DNA from: a virus
Lineage: Duplodnaviria; Heunggongvirae; Uroviricota; Caudoviricetes
DNA: 64,000 bases
IMG/VR virus record: IMGVR_UViG_3300017917_003521
Reading direction: 5' to 3' (one strand)
The stretch's first letter is position 1; every line of letters starts with the position of its first letter. The notes under the pieces are model-generated. The model had not been told where the DNA came from. It saw only the letters and a program-made list of their open reading frames with translations, and ran no database searches. Positions 19,301 through 28,926 of this stretch are shown one piece after another. The position numbers and the translations under genes are program-made.

Positions 19301-20666
19301 AGTCATTAAAAAATGCTTTATTTATTTTATTCACATATGGTACATTATATCCTAAAATCTCATTCTCAACAACTGAAAATGTTGCTGTAGATTGAGTTCC
19401 AAATTGAGTTCTATAAAAAGATCCATTCTCAATAATGGATTGTTCAATTATTGAGTCATTAATAAAATTATAACCTCTACCAGCATTATTAGGTGAATTT
19501 ACTTTTTGATATGGTAATCCAAACTCATCAAAGCTTGAAAAGAAACTTTGAGATGCTGTATACAAAGTGTTAAAAGTTCCTTTTTTCCATATTGTATTTA
19601 TCATCGCACCAACGTTCCAAGTTGATTCCTCACCATGCCAGTTAATTCTAGTTTTATATTGACCATATAATCCTCCATTCCAAACTCCTCTGAAATTACC
19701 ATCTCTAAAATTACCTTTAGCTATGTATGGTCTGAAGTAGTTAACATCTACAACCCATTCTGAAAAAACAGGACCTACATACCACTTATAAACATATCCT
19801 TCTTTATACTCTTTACCAAAATGAGTAAAACTACCATTCATTATCTTAATTCTATCTACATTTGAATATGTAGGTGATAAAGCATACGAGTATGTTCCTG
19901 AATCAAAATATGTTGTTATGTTAGTCCAACTACCTGAGTTATCTCTTACATAGAATCCTGGTGTACCAGATACACCATTGTTTAACCCCCAGCCTTGTAC
20001 TCCTGAATAGTTGTTATCTATGTAAGCGATATTATTTTGATAATATCCAAATTTATATTCAAATAATCCACCTCTTGTTGTAATTGCTCTATTTGCTTGT
20101 AGAAATTCTTCCTCATTTCTGATATAAAAAATCTTTATAAAGTCATCATCTTTTGATGATGTATAAGGAGAAACACCAGTATAATCAATATCTAATACAA
20201 TTTTACAGTTATCTACTAAAAGTATTTTATAACCATCTCTTCCTTTTTTATATTTATTTTTCTCTATTAATAAGTCACTATCATAAGAACCATTAACTAT
20301 AAATACTCTATCACCTACTTTTAATTCAGTGTTTACTTCAGTGTAAAATAATGTTTTAGTAAAACCTTTTATTACATAAGGCTCAACCCAATTTAATAAT
20401 CTACAACTGAATGTTTTGTCTGTACTTTGAATTAAACCTGCTAGTGGATCAAAACCAACTAACTTTATATCCATTCCTAATCCATCAAGTTCGGCTTTTG
20501 TTATTAGTAAAGGCTTAGTTGCTAACTTATTATTAATAAGTTTAATACTACTATTCGTTAATGTAGGTACATTACTAATAGGCTCACTATATTGTGGTGT
20601 ATTTTTTTCTAAAGGTATATTAAATATTTTTTTTCTAATATTTGAATCAATAGATTGAGTAGCCAT
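16314..20666 (-). CDS. large structural protein (1450 aa) with many W-x-NG-x-F-x-GG-x-F repeats
   Basis: Repeats such as WENGTFNGGQF, WKNGIFNGGKF and WENGTFNGGEF recur throughout. It sits in the structural block next to the fiber gene. Confidence 0.5.
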   Translation of the reverse strand: MATQSIDSNIRKKIFNIPLEKNTPQYSEPISNVPTLTNSSIKLINNKLATKPLLITKAELDGLGMDIKLVGFDPLAGLIQSTDKTFSCRLLNWVEPYVIKGFTKTLFYTEVNTELKVGDRVFIVNGSYDSDLLIEKNKYKKGRDGYKILLVDNCKIVLDIDYTGVSPYTSSKDDDFIKIFYIRNEEEFLQANRAITTRGGLFEYKFGYYQNNIAYIDNNYSGVQGWGLNNGVSGTPGFYVRDNSGSWTNITTYFDSGTYSYALSPTYSNVDRIKIMNGSFTHFGKEYKEGYVYKWYVGPVFSEWVVDVNYFRPYIAKGNFRDGNFRGVWNGGLYGQYKTRINWHGEESTWNVGAMINTIWKKGTFNTLYTASQSFFSSFDEFGLPYQKVNSPNNAGRGYNFINDSIIEQSIIENGSFYRTQFGTQSTATFSVVENEILGYNVPYVNKINKAFFNDCVFNHSYLKESELKNTKSNNSKFEKTKSINSYFNSSVFKNSSYNSDNLIKIHAYDELTASETILNGFTFSSSNSIDQKVFKFYIDKTGYERLRTGDVFYLKGLKINNLSKDVINFFDKKFKIGSWTEYTEENFGLNPIGKRGYEYSAFLSTPEDNKYKFNSATGSFGINGVRTYTKINVENPNSTHYSLDIWVSRFDTSSLITSENIDFNYNSSTFTYSVSNIIDISKAFIVDSDFDSGLIENSDWNGGTHIELNNDNNITVPFTTGGSYSLSIDSNLYLTATTSYDVNYKESSLFKVGDIVFLDSVDFNDGVNLYRIPDTYKVISNTNGVYKLQEVGTYSQIISLSASNGYFYTDKAENRYGHIKKLKISKSNVKSGFLRRTYFSNSIIQNLDYDYFDKDFNNLEKIRNLVVSDSIFSNNGNILSNATYLNSFFVTGSDSWNSGIVQNSIWNGPTFSKGTIRDTRWIDGIFDGGTFYNSRTFNGSATTSNPFYYSENINSYYRKGTLPNNRNSWQNGRFLNGEFFKSDWESGTFSNGRFYYSKWYDGIYSNGIIGSNQISSTDTHFYNGTISYATVENATIYSVDINQSPSGYITQSIVWKDGLFLNGLFGSDINQGLSHSSIWENGTFNGGQFITNAKWKNGIFNGGKFLSSYGWSISDSTNQVDYGWENGTFNGGEFGNANGLTNSIWYTGDFNGGIFKGRVWNNGVFLYGEFQGSGGNPVSGLTCANANTFVDSYTYSYWGKWRSGMFTNTKDKFIKDKKFFTKIVKANTLEKINLPPKKAKFTNALWLSGTFSHTSGEMNSSVWLDGAFERGKFISSSFNPYVRRNGSPTQSFNINDNTCYWQNGDLEQSDFYISRWKNGNFIIGTATGMIWENGIASYMNAFNVFWENGKWRNGNWYGSSFEFDGIVDSDYVYSILKRGMSWSGTSSCHIWNIFLVPGGEETTIKSAVAEVIPTNSQSTNGWSSSGFNPYSYVAGEALIDPGLEAVEEA

Positions 20667-20713
20667 TTAAATTAGTAAAGTATTTTATGTATATATTATT
20701 TATTAAAGGTTTC

Positions 20714-20744
20714 TTTGATATTAAACTTTGATTATTTATATTTG
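20714..20744 (+). promoter_or_regulatory. Bacteroidetes-type promoter (TTTG ... TATATTTG) upstream of Sir2 gene
   Basis: TTTG at 20714-20717 and TAnnTTTG at 20737-20744 with a 19-nt spacer. ATG at 20754. Confidence 0.45.
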
Positions 20745-20753
20745 TAAAATATT

Positions 20754-21470
20754 ATGGATAAAAAGAAAGTTTTGATTTTTACTGGTGCTGGAGTATCTGC
20801 TGAAAGTGGGGTTGCTACTTTTAGAACAGGTGATGATGGTCTTTGGTATAATCATAAAGTAGAAGATGTTGCAACCCCTGATGGTTGGCGTAGAGATAAA
20901 GAAAAAGTTCTTAATTTCTACAATATGAGACGTGCTCAATTAAAAGATGTTGAGCCAAATCTGGCACATAAAATTATAGCTGAATTAGAAAAAGATTTTG
21001 ATGTTGCTGTTGTTACTCAAAACGTAGATAATTTACACGAAAGAGCAGGTTCAACAAACGTTATTCATTTACATGGTGAATTAACAAAAGTTCGTTCAAC
21101 ATTAGATCCTTCATTGGTTTATGATTGGACTGAAGATTGTAACTTAGGTGATAAATGCGAGAAAGGTTCTCAATTAAGACCTCATATTGTTTGGTTTGGT
21201 GAAAATTTAGATGAAAAAAATACCGACTTAGCTACAGAAGTTGCTATGGATTGTGATTTTTGTGTAATTGTTGGTACTTCAATGCAAGTAGCTCCAGCTA
21301 ATCAAATTCCATTCTTAACAAAAAGTAATACTCTTATCTATATTATTGATCCATCTGATATGGATTTTTATATCGATAAACAAAGAAAACCATTTTTAAA
21401 TCATATTAAAGATGTTGCTTCTGTTGGTATGGAAAAAGTAAGAAAAGATTTATTAGAAATTATTAAATAA
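20754..21470 (+). CDS. cobB: NAD-dependent protein deacylase, Sir2/CobB family
   Basis: Motifs 'FTGAGVSAESGVATFR' and 'TQNVDNLHERAGS', the catalytic 'HLHGEL', and a Zn module with two Cys pairs. Confidence 0.7.
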   Translation: MDKKKVLIFTGAGVSAESGVATFRTGDDGLWYNHKVEDVATPDGWRRDKEKVLNFYNMRRAQLKDVEPNLAHKIIAELEKDFDVAVVTQNVDNLHERAGSTNVIHLHGELTKVRSTLDPSLVYDWTEDCNLGDKCEKGSQLRPHIVWFGENLDEKNTDLATEVAMDCDFCVIVGTSMQVAPANQIPFLTKSNTLIYIIDPSDMDFYIDKQRKPFLNHIKDVASVGMEKVRKDLLEIIK

Positions 21471-21473
21471 AAT

Positions 21474-21704
21474 ATGAAAAAAGAATATTACAACGAATTA
21501 TTCGGTGGTAAAAAATACGGTGACTATATGGTTTATGGTTTAGATAAATCAGAATCTAAATATGAGGATTTAATAAATCTATTTGGTGATTACTATAACT
21601 CAGATACCTTTCAAGAAGAATCAGAAGAACAAAAGGCTATTCGTGAAGCTAAAGAAAAAGCTGAAAAAAGAAATAATAAGATTGACCAAATTTTAGGAGA
21701 ATAA
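21474..21704 (+). CDS. hypothetical protein
   Basis: 76-aa ORF. Confidence 0.35.
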   Translation: MKKEYYNELFGGKKYGDYMVYGLDKSESKYEDLINLFGDYYNSDTFQEESEEQKAIREAKEKAEKRNNKIDQILGE

Positions 21705-22264
21705 TGTCACAGATATCAATTTTTGATTGGCTTACGGCTTTACTAATAGTCTTGCCTTTATTTGGATTGTTTATATCAATTCCAAGTTTTGTATCTATGT
21801 ATAAACTTGGATTCAAAGCTTATAGACAACAATTGAGACTTTTAAAGATTATGATTAGAAAAGTATCAACAGGTTATAAAATTACACATAATCAGTTATA
21901 TACATACACTGGTATGAGTAGTGGACCTCAAACTGTAACTAAATCAGAAACTAGCCACTTCTTTCCAATTTTTGTTGATAAAGAGCATTTATTAATTTTA
22001 ACAAAGAAAGAAGGCCCTTTCAATACTCTTTATATTCAATACTCTGAACATAAAAATGATCAATGGTCAAATGATAATGTTGAAATAAAAACATCAAGTT
22101 GTTTACTTACTCAACTTCTTAATGATAGATTTCAGAAAAAAGTTGATAATCTTATGAAAGAATCTATTCAACTTGATGATGTTAAAAATCTAAATGATTT
22201 ACTAAATAGTCAAATAACTTCTATCAAAAGAGAAGAAGTATTAAACTCTATATTAAATGGATAA
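21704..22264 (+). CDS. membrane protein (N-terminal transmembrane helix)
   Basis: 'LTALLIVLPLFGLFISIPSFV' is a hydrophobic helix. Confidence 0.4.
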   Translation: MSQISIFDWLTALLIVLPLFGLFISIPSFVSMYKLGFKAYRQQLRLLKIMIRKVSTGYKITHNQLYTYTGMSSGPQTVTKSETSHFFPIFVDKEHLLILTKKEGPFNTLYIQYSEHKNDQWSNDNVEIKTSSCLLTQLLNDRFQKKVDNLMKESIQLDDVKNLNDLLNSQITSIKREEVLNSILNG

Positions 22265-22413
22265 GAAAGATATTATTATAGTTGACCATATTAGTATGAT
22301 AAGTTCTACTAAAGTGGATGAAAGTTTATTAGAAAAACTTAACATTCGTGTAAAGAATATTCGCAAGTATAGAGGTAGGATTGAAAGACGAAAAGAAAAA
22401 ATAAAAAGAATTT

Positions 22414-22605
22414 ATGAATAATAGAGACGTTATTGATATCTTTGGACAGTTACTTAATAGTAATAAAGAAATTATGATGTTGAAAGCTAGACAAACTGGT
22501 AAGTCAAATGTTGCCTCACATTTAATGGATTGGAAAAAACTATATGATAAACATGAAAGAGTAAGATTAAGAAAAGAAACCATAAAACGACTTTTTAATA
22601 TATAA
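22414..22605 (+). CDS. small basic hypothetical protein
   Basis: 63-aa ORF. Confidence 0.3.
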   Translation: MNNRDVIDIFGQLLNSNKEIMMLKARQTGKSNVASHLMDWKKLYDKHERVRLRKETIKRLFNI

Positions 22606-22620
22606 TCTTAACAAAAAGAA

Positions 22621-23187
22621 ATGAATATTATGAATTTACAAGAATTATTGAATAAATGGAGTATTAAATGTGATGTTAATACATTACTTGCTATGTGGAA
22701 CGAATCTCACAGAGCATATCACACTCTAACTCACTTAAATGATTTAATTGACCAAATCAATGAGAATAAATCAAAATATTCTGAAAAAGAATATGAGAAA
22801 CTAATCATCGCTTCTCTTTTTCATGATTGTGTTTATGACCCAATGAAAAATGATAATGAGGAAAAATCAGCTGAGTTCTTTGAGTCTTGTTGCGTTGATA
22901 AAAATAATTCAGATGTTCAAGAAATTAAACAAATAATTCTTGATACAAAAACACATGAATCTACTACACCACTTTCTGAATCATTCAACTACTATGATAT
23001 GAGTATTGTTGAGAGAGATTTTGACCAATTATTGGAGTGGGAAAATGGTATTCACGAAGAATATAAAGTATATGGTGATGCTTATAAAGAAGGTAGATTA
23101 AAATTCCTAGAATCTCTTTTGGATAAATATCCACATAATACTGATAATTTGATTAAATTAATTGATTGGGTAAAAAATAACTATTAA
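22621..23187 (+). CDS. HD-domain phosphohydrolase-like protein
   Basis: 'HRAYHTLTHL...ASLFHDCVYDP' gives an H...HD metal-binding pattern. Confidence 0.4.
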   Translation: MNIMNLQELLNKWSIKCDVNTLLAMWNESHRAYHTLTHLNDLIDQINENKSKYSEKEYEKLIIASLFHDCVYDPMKNDNEEKSAEFFESCCVDKNNSDVQEIKQIILDTKTHESTTPLSESFNYYDMSIVERDFDQLLEWENGIHEEYKVYGDAYKEGRLKFLESLLDKYPHNTDNLIKLIDWVKNNY

Positions 23188-23188
23188 A

Positions 23189-23656
23189 ATGAAAGAATAT
23201 GGTATCTTATATGCTAAGGTTGTTTTTCCAAGAACTCATAAATTGGAATGGCTAGCTCATTGTCATTTAACTAATATACTACCAAAAGATTTACAAACCG
23301 AAATACGAAGATTATCTAATGATATTAATCAGAAATGGAAAGATTCAATTGTAATACCTATGGACAATTCCATTATGCCTGGTTGCACAACTGAACCGGA
23401 AGTAATTGAAGAGGTTGCTAATGATATTTACAAAGGAATGTTAGATATTTTTAAAAGACTATCTGGTGATGAAAATTGTATCAGATTAGTTTACGGTACT
23501 GGTGAGTTAGATGAAGAACATATAAAAACAGTTGTATCAACACATGAGATTGGTTCTTTTCCAATAATGGTTAAAATTGGTCACTTTTTAGATTATGGTG
23601 AATCCGGTAAGAGTTACGGTAGATTCACTTACGAACCAGGTATATTTAAAGTATAA
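23189..23656 (+). CDS. hypothetical protein
   Basis: 155-aa ORF, 1 nt after the previous stop. Confidence 0.4.
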   Translation: MKEYGILYAKVVFPRTHKLEWLAHCHLTNILPKDLQTEIRRLSNDINQKWKDSIVIPMDNSIMPGCTTEPEVIEEVANDIYKGMLDIFKRLSGDENCIRLVYGTGELDEEHIKTVVSTHEIGSFPIMVKIGHFLDYGESGKSYGRFTYEPGIFKV

Positions 23657-23682
23657 AAACCTCTCAATGAGAGGTTTTTTAA
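23657..23682. terminator. bidirectional intrinsic terminator between convergent genes
   Basis: AACCTCTC...GAGAGGTT stem flanked by A-run and T-run. Confidence 0.55.
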
Positions 23683-23952
23683 TTAGTTAGACCAGTTAGG
23701 ATTAGCTATGATTAGTTTACCACGTTCAACTCTAGGAATTTCTCCTAAATCTTGATTATCAGCATACTCAATATCTTCATCATAGAATTTTTTACCATTG
23801 AACATAATATAATTAGCTTCATCTTTACCTCTATGTGAAAAACCTTGACCTCTTAATGAGTCATGAGCAGCATCAGAAACCTTATCTCCTGATAACCAAG
23901 AAAATAAACCTTCCTTTACTGAAAAACTTTCAAATTTTTTAATGTGTTTCAT
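23683..23952 (-). CDS. hypothetical protein, MKHIKKFESF N-terminal family
   Basis: N-terminal family motif. Confidence 0.4.
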   Translation of the reverse strand: MKHIKKFESFSVKEGLFSWLSGDKVSDAAHDSLRGQGFSHRGKDEANYIMFNGKKFYDEDIEYADNQDLGEIPRVERGKLIIANPNWSN

Positions 23953-23981
23953 GTTAGTATTATTTTTTATTAATGTATATA

Positions 23982-24704
23982 TTAATAATTCATAATCAAA
24001 AATTCAGTTCCCATTATTGTCATTCTAGAGTCAAACTTACAATTAGAGTAAAGATCCTCAATTCCATCAAAATAGTAATAACTTAAAAGAAACTTACCTT
24101 TAATATTATTTAATACATTTGCTAATTCTTTGTGAGTTTCTTTTCCAAAATCGTGATTAATATAATATTCTTCTTTGCCAAAGTATGGTGGATCCACATA
24201 AAAAAATGCAGATTCTGAATCATATTTACTAATTACTTCTTTATAATCTAGATTCTCAATAGATGTTATCTTTTCTAAATGGTATTTATATGCCTGATAC
24301 TTCATTTTGAAAATCTTAAATTCAGTATCACCTCTCCAAGAATCTTTTCCTATTTCATATGGTGATGAGCAACAAAGTATAACTAACCAATAAAGCGAAA
24401 TTAAAAACTCATCTTTTTCTTTTAACAAACTTTTTAAGCAAAATTTATAGTAATTTTCATCTACTTTAGTTTCATTAACAAGATTAATGAATTCGGTATT
24501 ATTCAGATTTTTAAATAAAATATGATTTAGATAGTTTTTATCATTATAGATAAAATTTATATTCTTGAACTTAGTAAAATCAAGTGCAAAAAAAACACCA
24601 AACATTCCACCGAATGGTTCTACATAAGTAGAAATATCCTTTGGAATATTTGGCGTGATAAAATTAGCGAATTTAGATTTTTCTCCTAGATAGGGTATTA
24701 ACAT
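23982..24704 (-). CDS. DNA N6-adenine methyltransferase (Dam / D12 class)
   Basis: Motif I 'YVEPFGGMFGVFF' and motif IV 'DPPY' ('FFYVDPPYFG'). Confidence 0.75.
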   Translation of the reverse strand: MLIPYLGEKSKFANFITPNIPKDISTYVEPFGGMFGVFFALDFTKFKNINFIYNDKNYLNHILFKNLNNTEFINLVNETKVDENYYKFCLKSLLKEKDEFLISLYWLVILCCSSPYEIGKDSWRGDTEFKIFKMKYQAYKYHLEKITSIENLDYKEVISKYDSESAFFYVDPPYFGKEEYYINHDFGKETHKELANVLNNIKGKFLLSYYYFDGIEDLYSNCKFDSRMTIMGTEFLIMNY

Positions 24705-24713
24705 CTAAATTGA

Positions 24714-24956
24714 TTAATTTTTTGACTTCACAGATTTTTTAATTTCTTTGTGAAGTTGTTTGAAGATGGATTTAACTTTTCCAAACTTCATTTCACCGCT
24801 GATAGCAGACATATAAGCAGATTCTAATCTAGCCATTCTTTCTTGAATTGGTGAATTAGTTACTTCAGTCTTATTTTCAGCTTTTTTTCTTCTTGTAGTA
24901 GTAGTTTTAGCCGCTGTTGACATTTTCTCTACTTTGTTTTTGTTTGTTGTTGACAT
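24714..24956 (-). CDS. small lysine-rich basic protein
   Basis: 80 aa, K/T-rich. It may bind nucleic acid. Confidence 0.35.
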   Translation of the reverse strand: MSTTNKNKVEKMSTAAKTTTTRRKKAENKTEVTNSPIQERMARLESAYMSAISGEMKFGKVKSIFKQLHKEIKKSVKSKN

Positions 24957-25007
24957 AAAAATTATTATTGTAGGTATTATACAATTGAAATAATAATTTG
25001 TTTATTA

Positions 25008-26117
25008 TTATTTTTTAAATTCTTTTTTGTCATTAGAAATATAGAAATTATCAAAGTTGTAGTATTTTTCATACACCTCTTTAACTTTTTTCATATTAAC
25101 CTCATCTAAAATGTCATACACAGACCAACCTTTAGGATTGATATATTGATTAACATTTTTATATCTTAGAATTTCATCTTTTTCCATTCTTACTTTATAG
25201 TAGTCTTTTACAAGATTAAATCTGTCTTTAGTCAGATACTTTTCAGGTTTTGTAATAACTTCTTTTACTGAATCAACAACAGCATTAAAGTTCTTGTTAG
25301 ATGTTTGAGTAGCAATAGTGTTGATACCTTGTTCATTCATTCTACTTTGATAACAATGAACATAGTATACTAAACCTTTCTTTTCACGAATATCTTGATA
25401 AAGAGGTGACATCAAACCAAGTGATAACATAGCATTAATGTAATGAACATAAGCAAAATCTTCTTCAATAACTGGTGAAAGAATAGCAATAGACGTTTTA
25501 TCTTTGAAATCATTATTTAATTCTAATGGAACTTTATGGTCACCAAAAGCTATATTTTTAACAATTTTTCTTTCTGCAAAGTCTAAAGAATTATTTTTAT
25601 ACTTTTTATTTTTTGAAACATTGATAATTTTTGTTGGCTTAGCATATTGAAGTTCAAAGAAGTTAAGACAATCCATGAACTTCATAGACTCTAAATCTTG
25701 TTTTAATCCAATTGGATCGTAATCTCCAAATAGTTTACGACTAAGATTTAACATATGTGACTGTGATTGGTCATTGAAACAATCCATATATTCTTCAAGA
25801 ACAATATTTCTTTCATTTTCAAACTGTTCTTTAGTAACATTGAATTCACCAAGTAAGTCCATAAACTCACCTTTCCACTTATTTACTTTTTCATCAAGTC
25901 CTGTTAAATAAAAAACGATTTCGTTATTTGAAGTGTAGGCATTCCAGTCAATACCATCTCTATCAAAATCTTCTTGAAGATGATCAAAGTTTTTACACAT
26001 TAAATGTTCCATTAAATGGCTAATGCCATACCAACCTTTTTTCTCAAGGTTTGTTGAACCTTCATAAACTACATAAAAACCAGAAAGGTCTGTTTGAGAT
26101 TTTAAATTTACTATCAT
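25008..26117 (-). CDS. M16 (pitrilysin/insulinase)-family metallopeptidase-like protein
   Basis: Inverted zinc motif HxxEH in 'GISHLMEHLMCK', with a downstream Glu in 'ENERNIVLEEY' about 70 residues later. Confidence 0.55.
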   Translation of the reverse strand: MIVNLKSQTDLSGFYVVYEGSTNLEKKGWYGISHLMEHLMCKNFDHLQEDFDRDGIDWNAYTSNNEIVFYLTGLDEKVNKWKGEFMDLLGEFNVTKEQFENERNIVLEEYMDCFNDQSQSHMLNLSRKLFGDYDPIGLKQDLESMKFMDCLNFFELQYAKPTKIINVSKNKKYKNNSLDFAERKIVKNIAFGDHKVPLELNNDFKDKTSIAILSPVIEEDFAYVHYINAMLSLGLMSPLYQDIREKKGLVYYVHCYQSRMNEQGINTIATQTSNKNFNAVVDSVKEVITKPEKYLTKDRFNLVKDYYKVRMEKDEILRYKNVNQYINPKGWSVYDILDEVNMKKVKEVYEKYYNFDNFYISNDKKEFKK

Positions 26118-26167
26118 TTATATACACTTTTATTTAGTGTTATATATTTAATAAATAAGAATGTTTA

Positions 26168-27097
26168 TTACTTATTAATGTCAAATTGAGACCAAATGAT
26201 AAGATCACCATCTATATATTGTGTCTCGGTAGGAATCCACTTTAAGTAAGCAATGAATCTAGAAGATATTTCTTCACCGGTAATCTTAGTTCCAAATTTT
26301 GAATTTATTTTATCAGCAATACCTTGACAGAAAATAATTAATCTATCCTCTTCAACTACTGAAAATTCATTAATTGTTACAAATTGTTCAATATAGCTTT
26401 GTACAACTTTATTATAGTTTGCGGTTGTTGGATTATCTGTTAAGTTTTTAGTAATTATCTCTGACCAATTTTCCTTTAAATCATCTTGTAAATAAGTAAG
26501 AGCTACCTCATAATACTTCTCCATTAGACCAGGAATCTCATTGATATAAAGTTGACCATAAGGTGTTTGATGATATCCGTATTTATATCTAATTATAATC
26601 TCATCATCTTCATCAAAGTTAGCCCAACCATCACCACCAAGAGCAATTTGATTTTTATCAAGTCCTAATTTATCAGCAGTGAAGTAAAGATAAATATCAC
26701 AATAACCATTTTTACTATCTAATCTTGTTGACTTATACCACTCAAAGAAATCTTTACCAACTATTTTATTTGCTTCTTCTGAAAAAATAAGTTTAATCAT
26801 TTCAAAAGACCAACCTTTTTTTGTTTCAAGTTCAGATTGCATATTTTTATAATCATGCTCAGGATTAGCATTTGCTCTTTTACAAAGATCTGAAAAATAA
26901 CCTGTGTATTCATCTGAAGTTAATTCATCTATATCTTCAGTAAAAGTATCTCTTAACTCATTGATATCTTTTGAATTATTATCATCAATCATCTTTTTAA
27001 CATCTGACTCTGTAATAACAATAAGATTCTTGTCTAAGTCAAAAACCTGAACTGATTCTTTAATAAAATCACTGTACTTCTTCAGCTTGTTCTTCAT
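26168..27097 (-). CDS. hypothetical protein (MKNKLKKYSDFIKES N-terminal family)
   Basis: 309-aa ORF with the N-terminal family motif. Confidence 0.45.
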   Translation of the reverse strand: MKNKLKKYSDFIKESVQVFDLDKNLIVITESDVKKMIDDNNSKDINELRDTFTEDIDELTSDEYTGYFSDLCKRANANPEHDYKNMQSELETKKGWSFEMIKLIFSEEANKIVGKDFFEWYKSTRLDSKNGYCDIYLYFTADKLGLDKNQIALGGDGWANFDEDDEIIIRYKYGYHQTPYGQLYINEIPGLMEKYYEVALTYLQDDLKENWSEIITKNLTDNPTTANYNKVVQSYIEQFVTINEFSVVEEDRLIIFCQGIADKINSKFGTKITGEEISSRFIAYLKWIPTETQYIDGDLIIWSQFDINK

Positions 27098-27215
27098 TTA
27101 ACTCTTTTTTGATTTCTTCTTTTTCCTCTTTTAATTCAGGAATATAGTTTATCCATTCTTCATCCATATAACCAATGTCGCTGTTGTTGCAATATGCAAA
27201 TGGCTTATTTTTCAT
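27069..27215 (-). CDS. small ORF (48 aa) overlapping start of 26168-27097
   Basis: Minus-strand ATG at 27215. It fills the gap 27098-27226 and is acidic. Confidence 0.2.
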   Translation of the reverse strand: MKNKPFAYCNNSDIGYMDEEWINYIPELKEEKEEIKKELNEEQAEEVQ

Positions 27216-27226
27216 AAAAGTATATA

Positions 27227-28210
27227 TTAATAAAAATTTCTATTTTTTAAGTAGTTTAAAAAATTAAACGACTCATCTTCATAAGTTTTTAATATTTCTT
27301 TTGTTATATGTATTTCTAAAAGATCATCAAGGTATTTATTTTTTTGAAAATAATGTTCAGCTGGATCTTTTGCGATTTTACTTATAAGTGTTTTAGTCGG
27401 AATGCTATTCATTTCAAAGAATTCTTTGAGAATAGCAGAACTTCTTAGACCAACTTCATCTTTGTCTGAAAAAATAACAATACTGCTGGGTTTCTTTTTT
27501 AGTAATTGATAAAGTTGAACTCCTGACCACATAGCACTTGAACAACTAACTGAATTTTTACTTAGATTTGAAAGTGCCATTGTATCGAAAATACCTTCAG
27601 TTATCCAAATTTCTTTATTCTCACTTATCTGATTTAATCCCCATACTGGAATATCTGGACAAGCTAATGAATACTTTAATGTTCTTGTTGAACCATTACT
27701 TTCAATTCCTATTTTTCTAACTGCGCAATTTACTAATCTATTATTCTCATCAAATAATGGTATAACTATACCACCATTTTCTACCTTATCTTCTAATACT
27801 CTACTCAAAACAGGATGTACACTAGCACCAATTATCTTTAATTGTTCTTTATCCTTAAAGTTTGACAATCCTAAAATATCCCAATTAAGTATTGTTTTTT
27901 CACCTAGACCTCTTTTTTCTAAATAATTATATTCTTCTTGACTAAGCATTCCAGAATTTTCTATGAAAAAATCAGTTAAGCTATCAATATCCTTTTTATG
28001 AATGATAACATCTTCCTCATTTACATTTAACTCATTTACATTTATTTCAACCATTCTATCATCATCCGACCAATTAGACTTACATTCTTTTAATTGATTT
28101 TCGATCCTAACTAAAGTAATAGGATTTAACTCTGGTAGAAAATTTGAAACAACGCCTTTAACAGATCGGTTATTGTATAAAATAAATCCGAGTTCTTCTT
28201 GAGTGTACAT
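27227..28210 (-). CDS. Toprim-domain protein (primase/topoisomerase-like)
   Basis: 'EIWITEGIFDTMAL' is a Toprim glutamate motif and 'IVIFSDKDEVG' a DxD motif. Confidence 0.4.
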   Translation of the reverse strand: MYTQEELGFILYNNRSVKGVVSNFLPELNPITLVRIENQLKECKSNWSDDDRMVEINVNELNVNEEDVIIHKKDIDSLTDFFIENSGMLSQEEYNYLEKRGLGEKTILNWDILGLSNFKDKEQLKIIGASVHPVLSRVLEDKVENGGIVIPLFDENNRLVNCAVRKIGIESNGSTRTLKYSLACPDIPVWGLNQISENKEIWITEGIFDTMALSNLSKNSVSCSSAMWSGVQLYQLLKKKPSSIVIFSDKDEVGLRSSAILKEFFEMNSIPTKTLISKIAKDPAEHYFQKNKYLDDLLEIHITKEILKTYEDESFNFLNYLKNRNFY

Positions 28211-28287
28211 AATTTATATATTTAGAAAAATTAGTTGTCGAATTGAAATATATTTTCTATATTTGTAGAAATAATATATTCAAATAA

Positions 28288-28926
28288 ATGATAAAAGTTG
28301 GTCTCTCAGGTAATAGATATTCAGGAAAAGATGAAGTTTGTAATCAATTCCGCAGGATTTCTATTCCTGTATTTGAAGCTGATGTAGTTTTAAGATTTAT
28401 TATACATCATAATTTTGAAGTAAATAAAGAAATTAAATCTAGATTGAGTGAATTGTATGGTACATATGAAACTTATATTTCACCAGAGTTTGCAAAATCA
28501 AAAGAAGAAATTGACATTATTATACAATGTGCTCAAGATGAATTATTCAGAGCATATGAACAATTCTCAATAAAAAATAAATCATCAATTTATACAATAT
28601 TTAATTCATCTATACTTTATGAAACTAAATGGAATAAAGTTATGAATTATAATATCTCTGTCTTTGCTCCAAAGATTACAAGAATGGAGAGATTTCAAGA
28701 ACTTACTAAAAAGAAAGTATCAGATATTGCTTTCTTATTAAGAAATGAAATTGATGATTTAGATAAGAACAAAATGGCTAACTTTGTATTACATAGTTAT
28801 AGCGGCAGAGACGTAAAAAGACAAGTTCATGAAATAGACCAGTTTGTGATAGATTCATATCTTAGAATGGAACAAACAGACAAATTAACTCCAGATGGTA
28901 AAGGTATAATTTTAACACATTTTTAA
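28288..28926 (+). CDS. P-loop kinase, T4 gp1 dNMP-kinase-like
   Basis: N-terminal 'VGLSGNRYSGKDEV' resembles the 'G.KRSGKDT' loop of phage deoxynucleoside monophosphate kinases. Confidence 0.35.
   Translation: MIKVGLSGNRYSGKDEVCNQFRRISIPVFEADVVLRFIIHHNFEVNKEIKSRLSELYGTYETYISPEFAKSKEEIDIIIQCAQDELFRAYEQFSIKNKSSIYTIFNSSILYETKWNKVMNYNISVFAPKITRMERFQELTKKKVSDIAFLLRNEIDDLDKNKMANFVLHSYSGRDVKRQVHEIDQFVIDSYLRMEQTDKLTPDGKGIILTHF

Noticed and set aside
20754-21470. Sir2 as part of a Thoeris, DSR or SIR2-HerA-type defence module
   Set aside because: The protein has full housekeeping CobB-type motifs and a Zn module. No TIR, HerA, pAgo or SLOG partner is adjacent. It lies in a collinear phage gene block.
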